DNA from: an uncultured virus (IMG/VR IMGVR_UViG_3300045119_000323)
Taxonomy: Duplodnaviria > Heunggongvirae > Uroviricota > Caudoviricetes
Length of the DNA stretch: 64,000 nt
Virus record (IMG/VR): IMGVR_UViG_3300045119_000323
Reading direction: 5' to 3' (one strand)
Positions 17,965 to 27,003 of this stretch are shown here, piece by piece. The notes below the pieces were generated by a model. That model saw only the letters and a program-made list of their open reading frames with translations, was not told where the DNA came from and ran no database searches. Every line of letters starts with the position of its first letter. The stretch's first letter is position 1. Position numbers and translations under genes: made by a program.

Positions 17965-20682
17965 CTAGGGTCCGGGGTTCTGACCTGTTCCGGTCTTGAG
18001 ACGGTTCGAGGCCTTGTCGGCCTTGATGTTCTTCTCAGTGATTTCCAGCGCGGTCTGATTGTCTTCCTCGTTGGTCTTGATCTTGGCATCGACCTGATCG
18101 GCGGCGATCTGCTCGCGCGACTCGTTGGTATCGCTGGCGATGGCCTCGCGCGACTCATTCGACGCCAGCGCAGCCTCGTGAGTCAATGCCTGACCGTGCG
18201 CCGCCACGACATTGCTCTCGCGCGCCTGCTGGGCCTTGGCCTGCTGGTCGCGGTCCTTGGTCTCACTGTCTCTCGCCTGCTTGTCCTGATCGGCCTTGAG
18301 CTTGATCGCCGCCAAGGTGTCCTTGCGCTTGTCGGCTTCGGCCTTGGTCTGTGTCGCCACCAGTTGAAGCTGGGTCTTCTTCTGCTCGTTCTCATCCTTC
18401 GCCTGATCGGCCTGCTCCTGCCGGGTGACGTCCTTCATCGCCACCGCCGACGGGTCCATCGGCATCGGCGGCGCGAGGCGCTGCATCAGCATCTGGGCCT
18501 GCGCGATCACCGCCGGCAGTCGGGCGAGCTGCTCGTCGGCGTATTCCATGACGGCCGGCGTCAGCTCGGCGAGCAGGCGGTCGAGCGGTGCCTCGTAGAC
18601 CGGTCCGGCCATGCTCTCGATGGTGAGCTGCGGATCGCCGGTCTTCTCGCGCAGCGCGGTGTTGGCGGCATCGAGCATGGCGTCGGCGTACCACAGCGCG
18701 ATGTGCTCGCCGAGATGAGGCAGCAGCACCGGCAGGCACTTCTGCGCCAGCAGCGGGTTCGCCCCGAACAGCGGCGACATCAGGAAGGCGGCGTGGGTCG
18801 CCAGATGGGCCTCATGGTCCTGACCGGGGAACGCCTTGATCGGCAGGCCACCACATGACGTGGCGTTCTCGGCTACCGCGTTCTGTTGGGTCGGCTCGGG
18901 CGACGGCTGCAGGAACTGGTCGGGGTCCGGCACCTTCATCTGCTTGAGCAGATACTTCTCGGAATTGCGGACGTTGTAGATTTGCGGCAGCAGTTGCGCG
19001 CGCTGGCTGATCAACTGCGCCATCGACTGACGCTGGATGTCGGAGAAGATGCGAGGGTCGCTGACCGGGATCACCCGCATCGGGCCTTGGAAGTCTTCGC
19101 GCTTGACGATCAGCTCGCCGAACTGGTCCTGCACCTGCACGTTGTCGACGGTGTCGGCGTTGATGTCCCAGAGCTGCTTGAGGAAGCGCGCCATCGAGCG
19201 ATGCATGCGGCCATGCACGGCACCGAAATTCTTGAGGCCCTGCTCGATGAACATGTTGGCCGTGCCGACCGGCGTCTGGCCGTTCATCTTGTCGAATTCG
19301 TCGAACGTGGTGCGGATCACGCCCTGCGCCGCATCGACGAGGAAACCGAGCAGGTTGAACAGCACCGCCGACGGCGGCGGGAACGGCAGGGGCATGTAGG
19401 TCTTGCGGACGTCGTCCATCGCAAGCGTGCCCTTCATCTCGGTCGTCTGCATCGGCTGGGCCTTGATGTTCTGCCCACCCTCGGTCGCGCCTCCTTTGAG
19501 CTTTACGCCGGTCTGTGAGTTGTTGAGATGGGCCGCATCGAGCAGCGCCCGCAGCGCTCCGGTCGCCGCACCCGACAGGCCGCCAATCATGTGCGTCATG
19601 CCGATGGGATAGCCGCCGCGCCACGGGTAGAACGGCCATTCGATCACGAAATCGAGTCGTTTCTTGTCAGGATCGGTCTGCTTCCAGTTGCGATAAATTC
19701 CGAGGATTTTCTTGGTGTCGTCGTCGACCGTGACGATGTAGGGCTCGGCCGGATCGTCATCGTCCATCAGGCCTATCATCACCGACGACTCGAACACGAG
19801 GCGCACGTTGTCGACGTTCTCGCTCGGCCGGTCGCGGCCGATGATGCGGTCGTTGGACTGCTGCGAGCGCGTCTCGTCGGGCACGTCCTGCCCCGATTCC
19901 GGGTCGAAGGCGTCGACCCACAGGCCGGACCGCACGTTGTCCATGTACTGCCACTTGTCGACTTCCATCTCGTGGGTGATGCGCGGCTGCGTGTAGATCG
20001 GCCCGTCGCTCCATGGCCGATGGATTTTGTCGATGGTGATGGCGATCACGCTCATGCCCTGCGAGTCGTAGATCGTCTTGGTGTAGAAGCCGCCGCCCAG
20101 ACTGCACTGCGTGAAGCCCATCTCGAACTCGTGGGCGACGTTGGGCATCATGTCGGTGATCTGCAGGTTCATGTAGCGCGCGGTGCGCTCCGCGATGTCG
20201 TCCTTCTCCATGGTCGGCGTGCCGATGGTCTTGGCCTTCACCGGGCCCTCGGGCGGCATCATCTCGTTCATGATGCGCGAGGCGAAGTCGATGGCCGAAG
20301 CCGTCAACATCGGGTGGACGACCCGGCTGGCACCGGGGAACGTGGCACCACCGGGCGCGTCGTCACCAAGGCCCGTTCGACGCAGGCCCTCCTCGTACTG
20401 CTTGTCGCGCTTGGCGCGCGCCAGCTTGTCGATCTCGATGGCGTCGAGCAGATCAGTTGCGATCTTGCTCAGGCGCGTCGGGTCCATGGTCTCCACCAGA
20501 TTGGCGAAGTGGTCGCGCATGTCGGGCGGTGGCGGACCCTCGGGCGGCATCTGCACATCGACGTTGCCCTCCTCGTCGATGTTGAGATCGGAGCCAGCCG
20601 GAGTCGTCGTCTGCAGCGTCGATACGCCAGTGTCGCTACCCGGCTCGGCATAGGGGTCCATCGCGCCGTTGGTGAAGGCCAT
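17965..20682 (-). CDS. Portal protein, 905 aa
   Basis: FPGASRVVHPML...PPEGPVK...YMNLQIT...PVGT...PVSDP...QDHEAHL motifs; coiled-coil C-terminal barrel. Confidence 0.9.
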   Translation of the reverse strand: MAFTNGAMDPYAEPGSDTGVSTLQTTTPAGSDLNIDEEGNVDVQMPPEGPPPPDMRDHFANLVETMDPTRLSKIATDLLDAIEIDKLARAKRDKQYEEGLRRTGLGDDAPGGATFPGASRVVHPMLTASAIDFASRIMNEMMPPEGPVKAKTIGTPTMEKDDIAERTARYMNLQITDMMPNVAHEFEMGFTQCSLGGGFYTKTIYDSQGMSVIAITIDKIHRPWSDGPIYTQPRITHEMEVDKWQYMDNVRSGLWVDAFDPESGQDVPDETRSQQSNDRIIGRDRPSENVDNVRLVFESSVMIGLMDDDDPAEPYIVTVDDDTKKILGIYRNWKQTDPDKKRLDFVIEWPFYPWRGGYPIGMTHMIGGLSGAATGALRALLDAAHLNNSQTGVKLKGGATEGGQNIKAQPMQTTEMKGTLAMDDVRKTYMPLPFPPPSAVLFNLLGFLVDAAQGVIRTTFDEFDKMNGQTPVGTANMFIEQGLKNFGAVHGRMHRSMARFLKQLWDINADTVDNVQVQDQFGELIVKREDFQGPMRVIPVSDPRIFSDIQRQSMAQLISQRAQLLPQIYNVRNSEKYLLKQMKVPDPDQFLQPSPEPTQQNAVAENATSCGGLPIKAFPGQDHEAHLATHAAFLMSPLFGANPLLAQKCLPVLLPHLGEHIALWYADAMLDAANTALREKTGDPQLTIESMAGPVYEAPLDRLLAELTPAVMEYADEQLARLPAVIAQAQMLMQRLAPPMPMDPSAVAMKDVTRQEQADQAKDENEQKKTQLQLVATQTKAEADKRKDTLAAIKLKADQDKQARDSETKDRDQQAKAQQARESNVVAAHGQALTHEAALASNESREAIASDTNESREQIAADQVDAKIKTNEEDNQTALEITEKNIKADKASNRLKTGTGQNPGP

Positions 20683-23600
20683 CAGTAGCGTCCTCCGTTG
20701 CAGTACCTGAGCGCGCCACGCGGCACCTGCCCGCCAGTCGCCGACTTGAGGACGAGCTGCAATGGCGTGCCGCGCGCAAGGTCACCGAAGCCCTCGCCGA
20801 AGTGCCCCTGCACCATCGCACCGACACCCTCACCGAGTCGTCCAAACCCTTCGGCGAAAGCTCCACTGCCAACGCCACCAAACAACATGCTGACGCCGCG
20901 CCCGACCGCTCGGCCGGCGTCGCGGCCAATCAGCTCTCCCTGATCGAGGTTGGACGGTTTGTCGCCCGACAGCGCATCCCAGATGCCGGAGCCGGGGTCC
21001 ATCGGATAGGCTCCGCTCTCGGTCTCGCTCTGGCCGGGTCCGCCGGCAATGTGCTTGGTGAGGCTCGCAGCGTCGCCCATCCAGCCCATGATCGGCAGGC
21101 CGGCCATGCCGCTGGCATCGGCCCCCTGCGCGCCACCTTCGTTCCATATTCCGCCGCTGCCACCACCAACGCTGCCCATCAGGTCGCTGATGCCGCCACC
21201 CGCGAAGCCGGGGACGTAGCCGCCCTCGTCGTAGAACATGGTGCCGTAGTTGAGCATCTCGTCATCAACCTTGCCGCCCCCGGCCAAGAACATCGGCAGG
21301 ACCTTGAGCGCGAGATCGGCGATCTGGCCAATCGCCTGACCCGCGCCGCCTCCACCGCCCGATGATTGCTGCTTGGCCGGCTGCATGAACTGAAGGGGCG
21401 CGAGATCGCGCCCGCCATTGTCGCCGGTACTTGCGCCCGTCGGATCGGCGAGCGAGAGACCCTTGTCGACGCCGTCGCCGGCCTGCATCACGTCGATCAG
21501 CGACTTGCCGGGCACGGTGAAGTTGCTGCCGGTCGACGAGCCGCCGTCGGCGAAGCCGGGGATGTAGCCGCCGCGCGCCTCGAAGAGCCCCATGATGGCA
21601 TCCGCGCCGCCCGTGTCGCCGCCACCCAGCGAGCCGGGGTCCATGCCGCCGGGCAGCCCACCGAGGCCGCCGGTCGAGTTGAGGTCGCCGGTCGTGTAGC
21701 TGCCGCCGGGGCCGCTGCCGACCGGTCCGCTCGCCGACACAGGACTGCCCTTGCCGCCTAACAGGCTCTTGCCGGCGTTCGCCATGTTGAAGATTGAATC
21801 GAGCGGGCTGCTGGAGGTGCCGCTGCTGGCCTGCGCCGCCTGCGGCTGCATGAAGGAAAGCGGCGGCGGGGCGTGGCGCGCGATGTCGGGCATGTCGCCG
21901 AAGGCGTCGGTCGCGCCCGGCACGATGCCCTTGAGGAACGACATGATGTCGTCGTTGACCGATGAGCCGGACGATCTGTCGGTGCTGCCGCCGGAGGCGT
22001 AGTAGGCCGCGCCACTGGGATCGGCACCGCTGCGTGTCAGCGCCTCGCCCAAGTCGGCAGCCAGCCCACCGCCGACCTTCTCGGCCCCGGCGACATACGG
22101 CTTGAAGTCGGGCATGAAGTGCGCGAGCCACGACTGCAGGGTGTCGTGTTTCTGGTCGGTCAACGAATTGAAGGCGGTGCCTGCGCCGTAACCCAACCCG
22201 ACGCCCTGACGGAACTTGGCTGGCCCAAGGAACGGTGCCGTGTGACTGAGCGCCCCGACCGCGCCGCGCTGGTAGGGGGAGATGTCGTCGCCTGCCATGT
22301 TCAGTTTCCCTAGCTCTTCGCTCGCCAACTGGGCGAACGTGGCATCTTTTCCAAAACCACCACCCACCCAACGGTCGGTGGCACGCAGCTTGGCAATCAG
22401 GTCACTGGGCAAGAGATTGCGCAGGAACACTTCGCGCGACGACTTGAATTTGTCGTCGAGTCGTTCGGGGAAGCTCTTGTCCCAATCCTTCCACGTCTGG
22501 TTACGCCGCCACATCTCCTCCTTCTCGGGAAGATCGGCCAGCGCATCGATGCCGAGGTCGGCCACCTTGCGGGTGCGCGGGAAGGTACCGTAGTCGGGGT
22601 CGCCGCCCTCCTGCAGGCCCTGCACCGGGCCACCCTCGGCGTAGGCCCCGGCCTTGCCGGTCAGAACCAGATCGCGCGCCGTCTCGGGCGATACGCCGAG
22701 GCGCGCCGCCGTTCGCATGATCTGGCCCGACATCATCTCCAGCTTGGACGGACCGATGTAGCGCACACCGGTCTGCGGCCCCAGCGTGTTCCAAATCATC
22801 GCCTGCATGTCGCGCGGCTGCATGCCGACTTTCTCGCTGGCGCGCTGCCACCACGGCACGAAGTCGCCGTACTCCGGCGTGGTCAGTTCCTTGAACAGGT
22901 TGTCGGCGCTGCCTGTCCTGACGTCGGAGTAACCGACACCACGCGCGAGATGGGCGTCGGCAATCGGCCGGCGCGGATCGGCAAGGACCGGATCGGTTGC
23001 CTGCACATAGGTCGGTACCTTGTGCCGGTCGGTCCACAACTGGCCCGATGCTTCGAGGTTGATCAGCGGCTTGCTATGTGCCGTCGAATGGTAGGCGTGG
23101 CCCGGTATCTGGAGCATGTCCTCCGGATAGTTTCCCATGCTCACGCGCTGATGCTCCGGCACACCTGCGAGGTCGATGTAGTCACCGAGCCGCCCCGCCT
23201 CGGCCAGCCAGTTGGCCGACGTGCCGCGATTGATCTCGGAGCGCGGCGACGCACCCGCCGAATGCAGGCCGACGCGCGTGTTGAACATCCGCTGGTACTC
23301 GGGCGACATGCCGAGCTGGTCCATGCGATCCCACAGCGGCTGCATCTCGTACCACGACCGCGTCAGACGCAACTGCGGATCGTCCAGCGCCGCCTCGGCG
23401 ACGTTGGTGATGCGGTTCATGTTGCTGGGCGTCAGGACCTTGTCGGAAATCGCCGAACCGGTCGCGCCGGGCGGCGGATAGTAGGCATGCGGCTGCATGA
23501 ACAGGTTCGAGTGGTTACGACTCTGCGAGAGGTCGTCGAGGCTCTGGCGGTCGACGCTGAATAGACGGCGCATCGCCTGCTCGTCGCCCTCGTCGTAACG

Positions 23601-26600
23601 TGCCTTGGCTTCGGCGATGATCTGGGCCGGCGGCTTGTAAATGCCGGCAAAGGCCATGCGCTCGGGATTGGTGACGGTTTGAATCTTGGGATCGGGCGGC
23701 AAATAAATCGGCGCGGCTTTCGGGCCACGCAGGGCGTTGAGTCGTTTTTCCTCTTCGAGCGCGGCAGCAATCCGACGACTCAATGCACCGCCGGTCGGCC
23801 GATAACCGACCTGCGAGAGCGCGCCGCCCTCCTGATCTTGGGTGACATCGGTATCACCCACATCCTGCGAGTCGTCGGCCGGCAGGCCGAAGCCGCCGAA
23901 AGCGTAATTGCGGATCATGCCACCCTCGGCCTTGCCGAAATTGAAATCGAGTTGCGCCGGATCGCTGTCCTTGAGCGGGTTGCCGGTCTTGCGTTCGAGG
24001 TAATCGGCCCAGCTCGTCATGGCATCCTTCAACGAGAAGTTGGGATAGCCCGACAGGTTGCCCTGCACGTCGACCGGCACGCCCATCTCGCTGAGACGGG
24101 CCAGCGATGGCACCGTGGCCAGATCGAGCGACGCCGGGTTCCACGCCGCCGCCACGGCACCGGTCTTGGGATGCAGGATCGGCACGCGCGGCTTGTAATC
24201 GGCGAGGCCGTGCGCCTTGGCCCAGTCGGCGTAGGCGTCCTCCATGGCCTTCGATTCATCGGACGTCGCGCCGAAGCGGCTTTTCTGGTCGAAGATGCTG
24301 CCGATATGCTGGGCAACATCACGACGCTGGCTGTAGCCCGCACCCTCGTCCCATGCGTTGTGCACGCCGCCGAGACGCACGAGGTTACCGTGCTGGTTGG
24401 CAACCAGCATCTCCGGCAGATTACCGAAGCTCGACCACATGTTCTTCGGCAGATACGACGAGTAGATGTCGCCCTCCGACGGCATGTTCGACCACGGCAC
24501 CTTGGGCAGGCCGAACGGCGCATCCATGTCAGGATGGGGATGCACCGACCACGGCTGGCCCGGCGCATTGGCCCACAGGTTCTTTTTGACGGTGCCGGTC
24601 AGGCGGACGCTGCCCTTGTCGCCCGGCAGCATGCGCCCGGTGTAAGGCTTGGCGAGGTCGTCGCCGTAACGCCCGTGGACCAGCGCCTCGTTGCCGGTCT
24701 CGTCGACATGCTTGAGAACCCGCTCGACGCCCTTCTGGACCGACGGGTCGAGGCTCTCCTTGAGCGCGCCCTTGTTGAAGAAGTTTATCAACTTCAGCGG
24801 ATTGATCGCCGCGAGCTGCGAGAGCGCTCCACCGCCCTCTGCGTCGGGCTGGCCGCCGACATCGAAGTGCTGCACGCGACCTCCTTCGGCCTTCTCGCGG
24901 TTGACGATGTCGATCAGGTCGGACGATTGCGGGAAGACGACGTAGTTGCGCGTCCTGCCGGGGTCGTCCTCCATTGGTCCGGCGAATGGAAAACGTTGCT
25001 GCTGCCGGCTGAACTTGTCGAGGAAGCGAACGCCATGCACGTCGAGGTCCGACAGGTAATTGGCGGTCATCTTCTTGGCCGAGTCGTCGTAGAACGCATC
25101 CGACATCACACCTTGCGGGCCGGGCTGCATCAGGAAGTGATGCAGGTCGCGCCCGGTATAACCGTCAGGTGCATCCCATGGGCTGTTCAGACCTTCGTAG
25201 TCGAGATGCTCGCCGATGCTGTCGGCGACATTCGGATGAACCCTGTCCATGATCCGGCGATTGCCGCCCTTGTCGAGGGGCGCATCCCAATCGAGAAAAT
25301 TGTCGGGGTGCGAGTTGATGTCGAGATGGTAGAGCCAACCGGGCTTCTGCGGTTTGTAAAACGGCGGAATGCCCGCGATGGTTCGCTTGATCTGGTCGGG
25401 ATCGAATTCCTGACCCGTCTTGCTTCCGCCGTAGGTGTTGCCGAGTTTAGCGGCGATCTCCTCGGGAGTGGAGCCGCCGGCCAGATTGTTCTGGAGGTAG
25501 CGCGCCAGCATCTCGGTGCGGCCGGGGTCGTCGAGATCGACGTGCTGCTTGATCAGCGCCTCCATCATGCTGTTCATGCCGAGGCGATCTACCGGGGCAC
25601 CGTAGCGCGTCCAGCGGCCGGGCTCCTCGCTCTTGTCACCCGTGATGCGGCGGTACTCCTGACCGACCTGCGGGTTCTCGGCCGAGTAGAAGCCGTGGCC
25701 GTAGGCGGCGCTGCCCTCGCCCTTGCCGATGAACGACGGATCGAACTTGTCGAACTTGTAGGGCGAGCCAGTGTAGGTGCGGATCGGACGACTCAGTGCG
25801 CCCTTCGCCGCCTCGATGCCCTTCTTCACCAGACCCAGTTCGTTCATGTGCGGGACGGCACCGCCGTCGGCGAACGGCACCGTGAGCCGCAGCCCGGCAC
25901 CCCAGTGCGGCTTGGCCTGATCGCCGCCGGGGCCGACATACTTGTTGAAGCTGCCCGACGCGCCGAGCCGCGCACCCTGCTTCCCGATGGGATGCTCGTA
26001 GCCCAGCAGGGCGTCGACGATCTGCGCAGTCGGATCGTAGCTGAACCCCGCCGTGCCCTTGCCGTCGCCCAGCGGGACGTCGAACGTCGGCGTGCCGTAG
26101 TCGCTGTGAAACCCCGGCACCCCACCGCCCTCGGCCCACGTCTCGGGCAGGCGCGGGAAGTCCTGTTCGTCCTGAAATCCCCGGCTGGCGAGCGGCTCGA
26201 AGGTGTTGGAATACTGCGGGATCACCCGGCCGCTGCCCTCCTTCTCCAGCATGTCACGCAGTACCTTGGCCCGTTCGCCGGCCGGCAACTGCTGCAGGAT
26301 GGAGCTGGGATCGTCGGGCCTGATGCCGACCAATGACACGTTGTCGCCCAGCGGCCCCGCCATCGTCATCATGCGATGACGGCCCTCGTGCCGCGTCGTG
26401 CGCGGCAGCGCGGTTTGAGTCATATCGTTGGGGTGCCAACCATAACGCCCCTGTTCCGGGGTTAGGCCAAAACTGAGGCGCGGCACCTCGGACCAGTTGC
26501 CTTGCTTGGCGACGTCGCCGTAGTTGTTTAGCACCTGATTGAGCGAGCCGACCAATCCCTGAGAACTGAACTCGTTGGCCAGTTGGTAGGGGTTCTCGCG

Positions 26601-26933
26601 CAGCCTGTCGGGATCGATGCGAAAGGCGTAGTCCTGAAACGTCTTGGGATCGATGGTCGTCAGCAGATGGCCCTGCTCCGGATTGACCGCCGTCTCCAGC
26701 GCGCGCTGCGTGTAGTACGAAAGATCGGCCCCCTCATCCTGCGCCTTGATGAGTCGTCGGGCGTGTTCTTCGCCCCAGTAGTCACCAACCTTGGCGACGT
26801 TCAGGGCCACGCGACGCGCCGCGTCGCTCTGAATCTCCGGCGCGGCCAGCGCAGATGCGCGCGGCACGAACAGTGGGTCCACTGCCTTCTTCGCAGCCTT
26901 TATGGTTCGCGCAATTTTGACAGGGTCGACCAA
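20682..26933 (-). CDS. Giant polyvalent (multi-enzyme) protein, 2083 aa, with modules separated by AxGG motifs
   Basis: GGGGAG RBS with TTG start; stop overlaps the portal ATG. ParB-like HEGRHR, ART-PolyVal-like GSP..FDKFD...IGKGEG..AYGHGFY, JAB-like HPHP...PSEGD, and a glycosylase-like D.H..R...QAMIW module. Confidence 0.8.
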   Translation of the reverse strand: MVDPVKIARTIKAAKKAVDPLFVPRASALAAPEIQSDAARRVALNVAKVGDYWGEEHARRLIKAQDEGADLSYYTQRALETAVNPEQGHLLTTIDPKTFQDYAFRIDPDRLRENPYQLANEFSSQGLVGSLNQVLNNYGDVAKQGNWSEVPRLSFGLTPEQGRYGWHPNDMTQTALPRTTRHEGRHRMMTMAGPLGDNVSLVGIRPDDPSSILQQLPAGERAKVLRDMLEKEGSGRVIPQYSNTFEPLASRGFQDEQDFPRLPETWAEGGGVPGFHSDYGTPTFDVPLGDGKGTAGFSYDPTAQIVDALLGYEHPIGKQGARLGASGSFNKYVGPGGDQAKPHWGAGLRLTVPFADGGAVPHMNELGLVKKGIEAAKGALSRPIRTYTGSPYKFDKFDPSFIGKGEGSAAYGHGFYSAENPQVGQEYRRITGDKSEEPGRWTRYGAPVDRLGMNSMMEALIKQHVDLDDPGRTEMLARYLQNNLAGGSTPEEIAAKLGNTYGGSKTGQEFDPDQIKRTIAGIPPFYKPQKPGWLYHLDINSHPDNFLDWDAPLDKGGNRRIMDRVHPNVADSIGEHLDYEGLNSPWDAPDGYTGRDLHHFLMQPGPQGVMSDAFYDDSAKKMTANYLSDLDVHGVRFLDKFSRQQQRFPFAGPMEDDPGRTRNYVVFPQSSDLIDIVNREKAEGGRVQHFDVGGQPDAEGGGALSQLAAINPLKLINFFNKGALKESLDPSVQKGVERVLKHVDETGNEALVHGRYGDDLAKPYTGRMLPGDKGSVRLTGTVKKNLWANAPGQPWSVHPHPDMDAPFGLPKVPWSNMPSEGDIYSSYLPKNMWSSFGNLPEMLVANQHGNLVRLGGVHNAWDEGAGYSQRRDVAQHIGSIFDQKSRFGATSDESKAMEDAYADWAKAHGLADYKPRVPILHPKTGAVAAAWNPASLDLATVPSLARLSEMGVPVDVQGNLSGYPNFSLKDAMTSWADYLERKTGNPLKDSDPAQLDFNFGKAEGGMIRNYAFGGFGLPADDSQDVGDTDVTQDQEGGALSQVGYRPTGGALSRRIAAALEEEKRLNALRGPKAAPIYLPPDPKIQTVTNPERMAFAGIYKPPAQIIAEAKARYDEGDEQAMRRLFSVDRQSLDDLSQSRNHSNLFMQPHAYYPPPGATGSAISDKVLTPSNMNRITNVAEAALDDPQLRLTRSWYEMQPLWDRMDQLGMSPEYQRMFNTRVGLHSAGASPRSEINRGTSANWLAEAGRLGDYIDLAGVPEHQRVSMGNYPEDMLQIPGHAYHSTAHSKPLINLEASGQLWTDRHKVPTYVQATDPVLADPRRPIADAHLARGVGYSDVRTGSADNLFKELTTPEYGDFVPWWQRASEKVGMQPRDMQAMIWNTLGPQTGVRYIGPSKLEMMSGQIMRTAARLGVSPETARDLVLTGKAGAYAEGGPVQGLQEGGDPDYGTFPRTRKVADLGIDALADLPEKEEMWRRNQTWKDWDKSFPERLDDKFKSSREVFLRNLLPSDLIAKLRATDRWVGGGFGKDATFAQLASEELGKLNMAGDDISPYQRGAVGALSHTAPFLGPAKFRQGVGLGYGAGTAFNSLTDQKHDTLQSWLAHFMPDFKPYVAGAEKVGGGLAADLGEALTRSGADPSGAAYYASGGSTDRSSGSSVNDDIMSFLKGIVPGATDAFGDMPDIARHAPPPLSFMQPQAAQASSGTSSSPLDSIFNMANAGKSLLGGKGSPVSASGPVGSGPGGSYTTGDLNSTGGLGGLPGGMDPGSLGGGDTGGADAIMGLFEARGGYIPGFADGGSSTGSNFTVPGKSLIDVMQAGDGVDKGLSLADPTGASTGDNGGRDLAPLQFMQPAKQQSSGGGGGAGQAIGQIADLALKVLPMFLAGGGKVDDEMLNYGTMFYDEGGYVPGFAGGGISDLMGSVGGGSGGIWNEGGAQGADASGMAGLPIMGWMGDAASLTKHIAGGPGQSETESGAYPMDPGSGIWDALSGDKPSNLDQGELIGRDAGRAVGRGVSMLFGGVGSGAFAEGFGRLGEGVGAMVQGHFGEGFGDLARGTPLQLVLKSATGGQVPRGALRYCNGGRY

Positions 26934-27003
26934 ATCCGACTCCCCGTAAGGTCGGGTCAGTCAGAGACCATACTCCTTATGGGGGGTCGAGAGCCAGCAA
27001 CGC

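Noticed and set aside
23679..26336. Long plus-strand ORFs antisense to real genes (885 aa here; also 484-1833, 1955-3676, 15137-16771, 33636-35192; and minus-strand 56420-58069)
   Set aside because: Shadow frames expected from high GC3 codon bias; no motifs or RBS, and the opposite strand carries recognisable genes.
20682..26933. Tape measure protein or virion RNA polymerase
   Set aside because: No tape-measure helical repeats or long-tail genes, and no RNA polymerase catalytic motifs recognised; the content is a mosaic of small domains.
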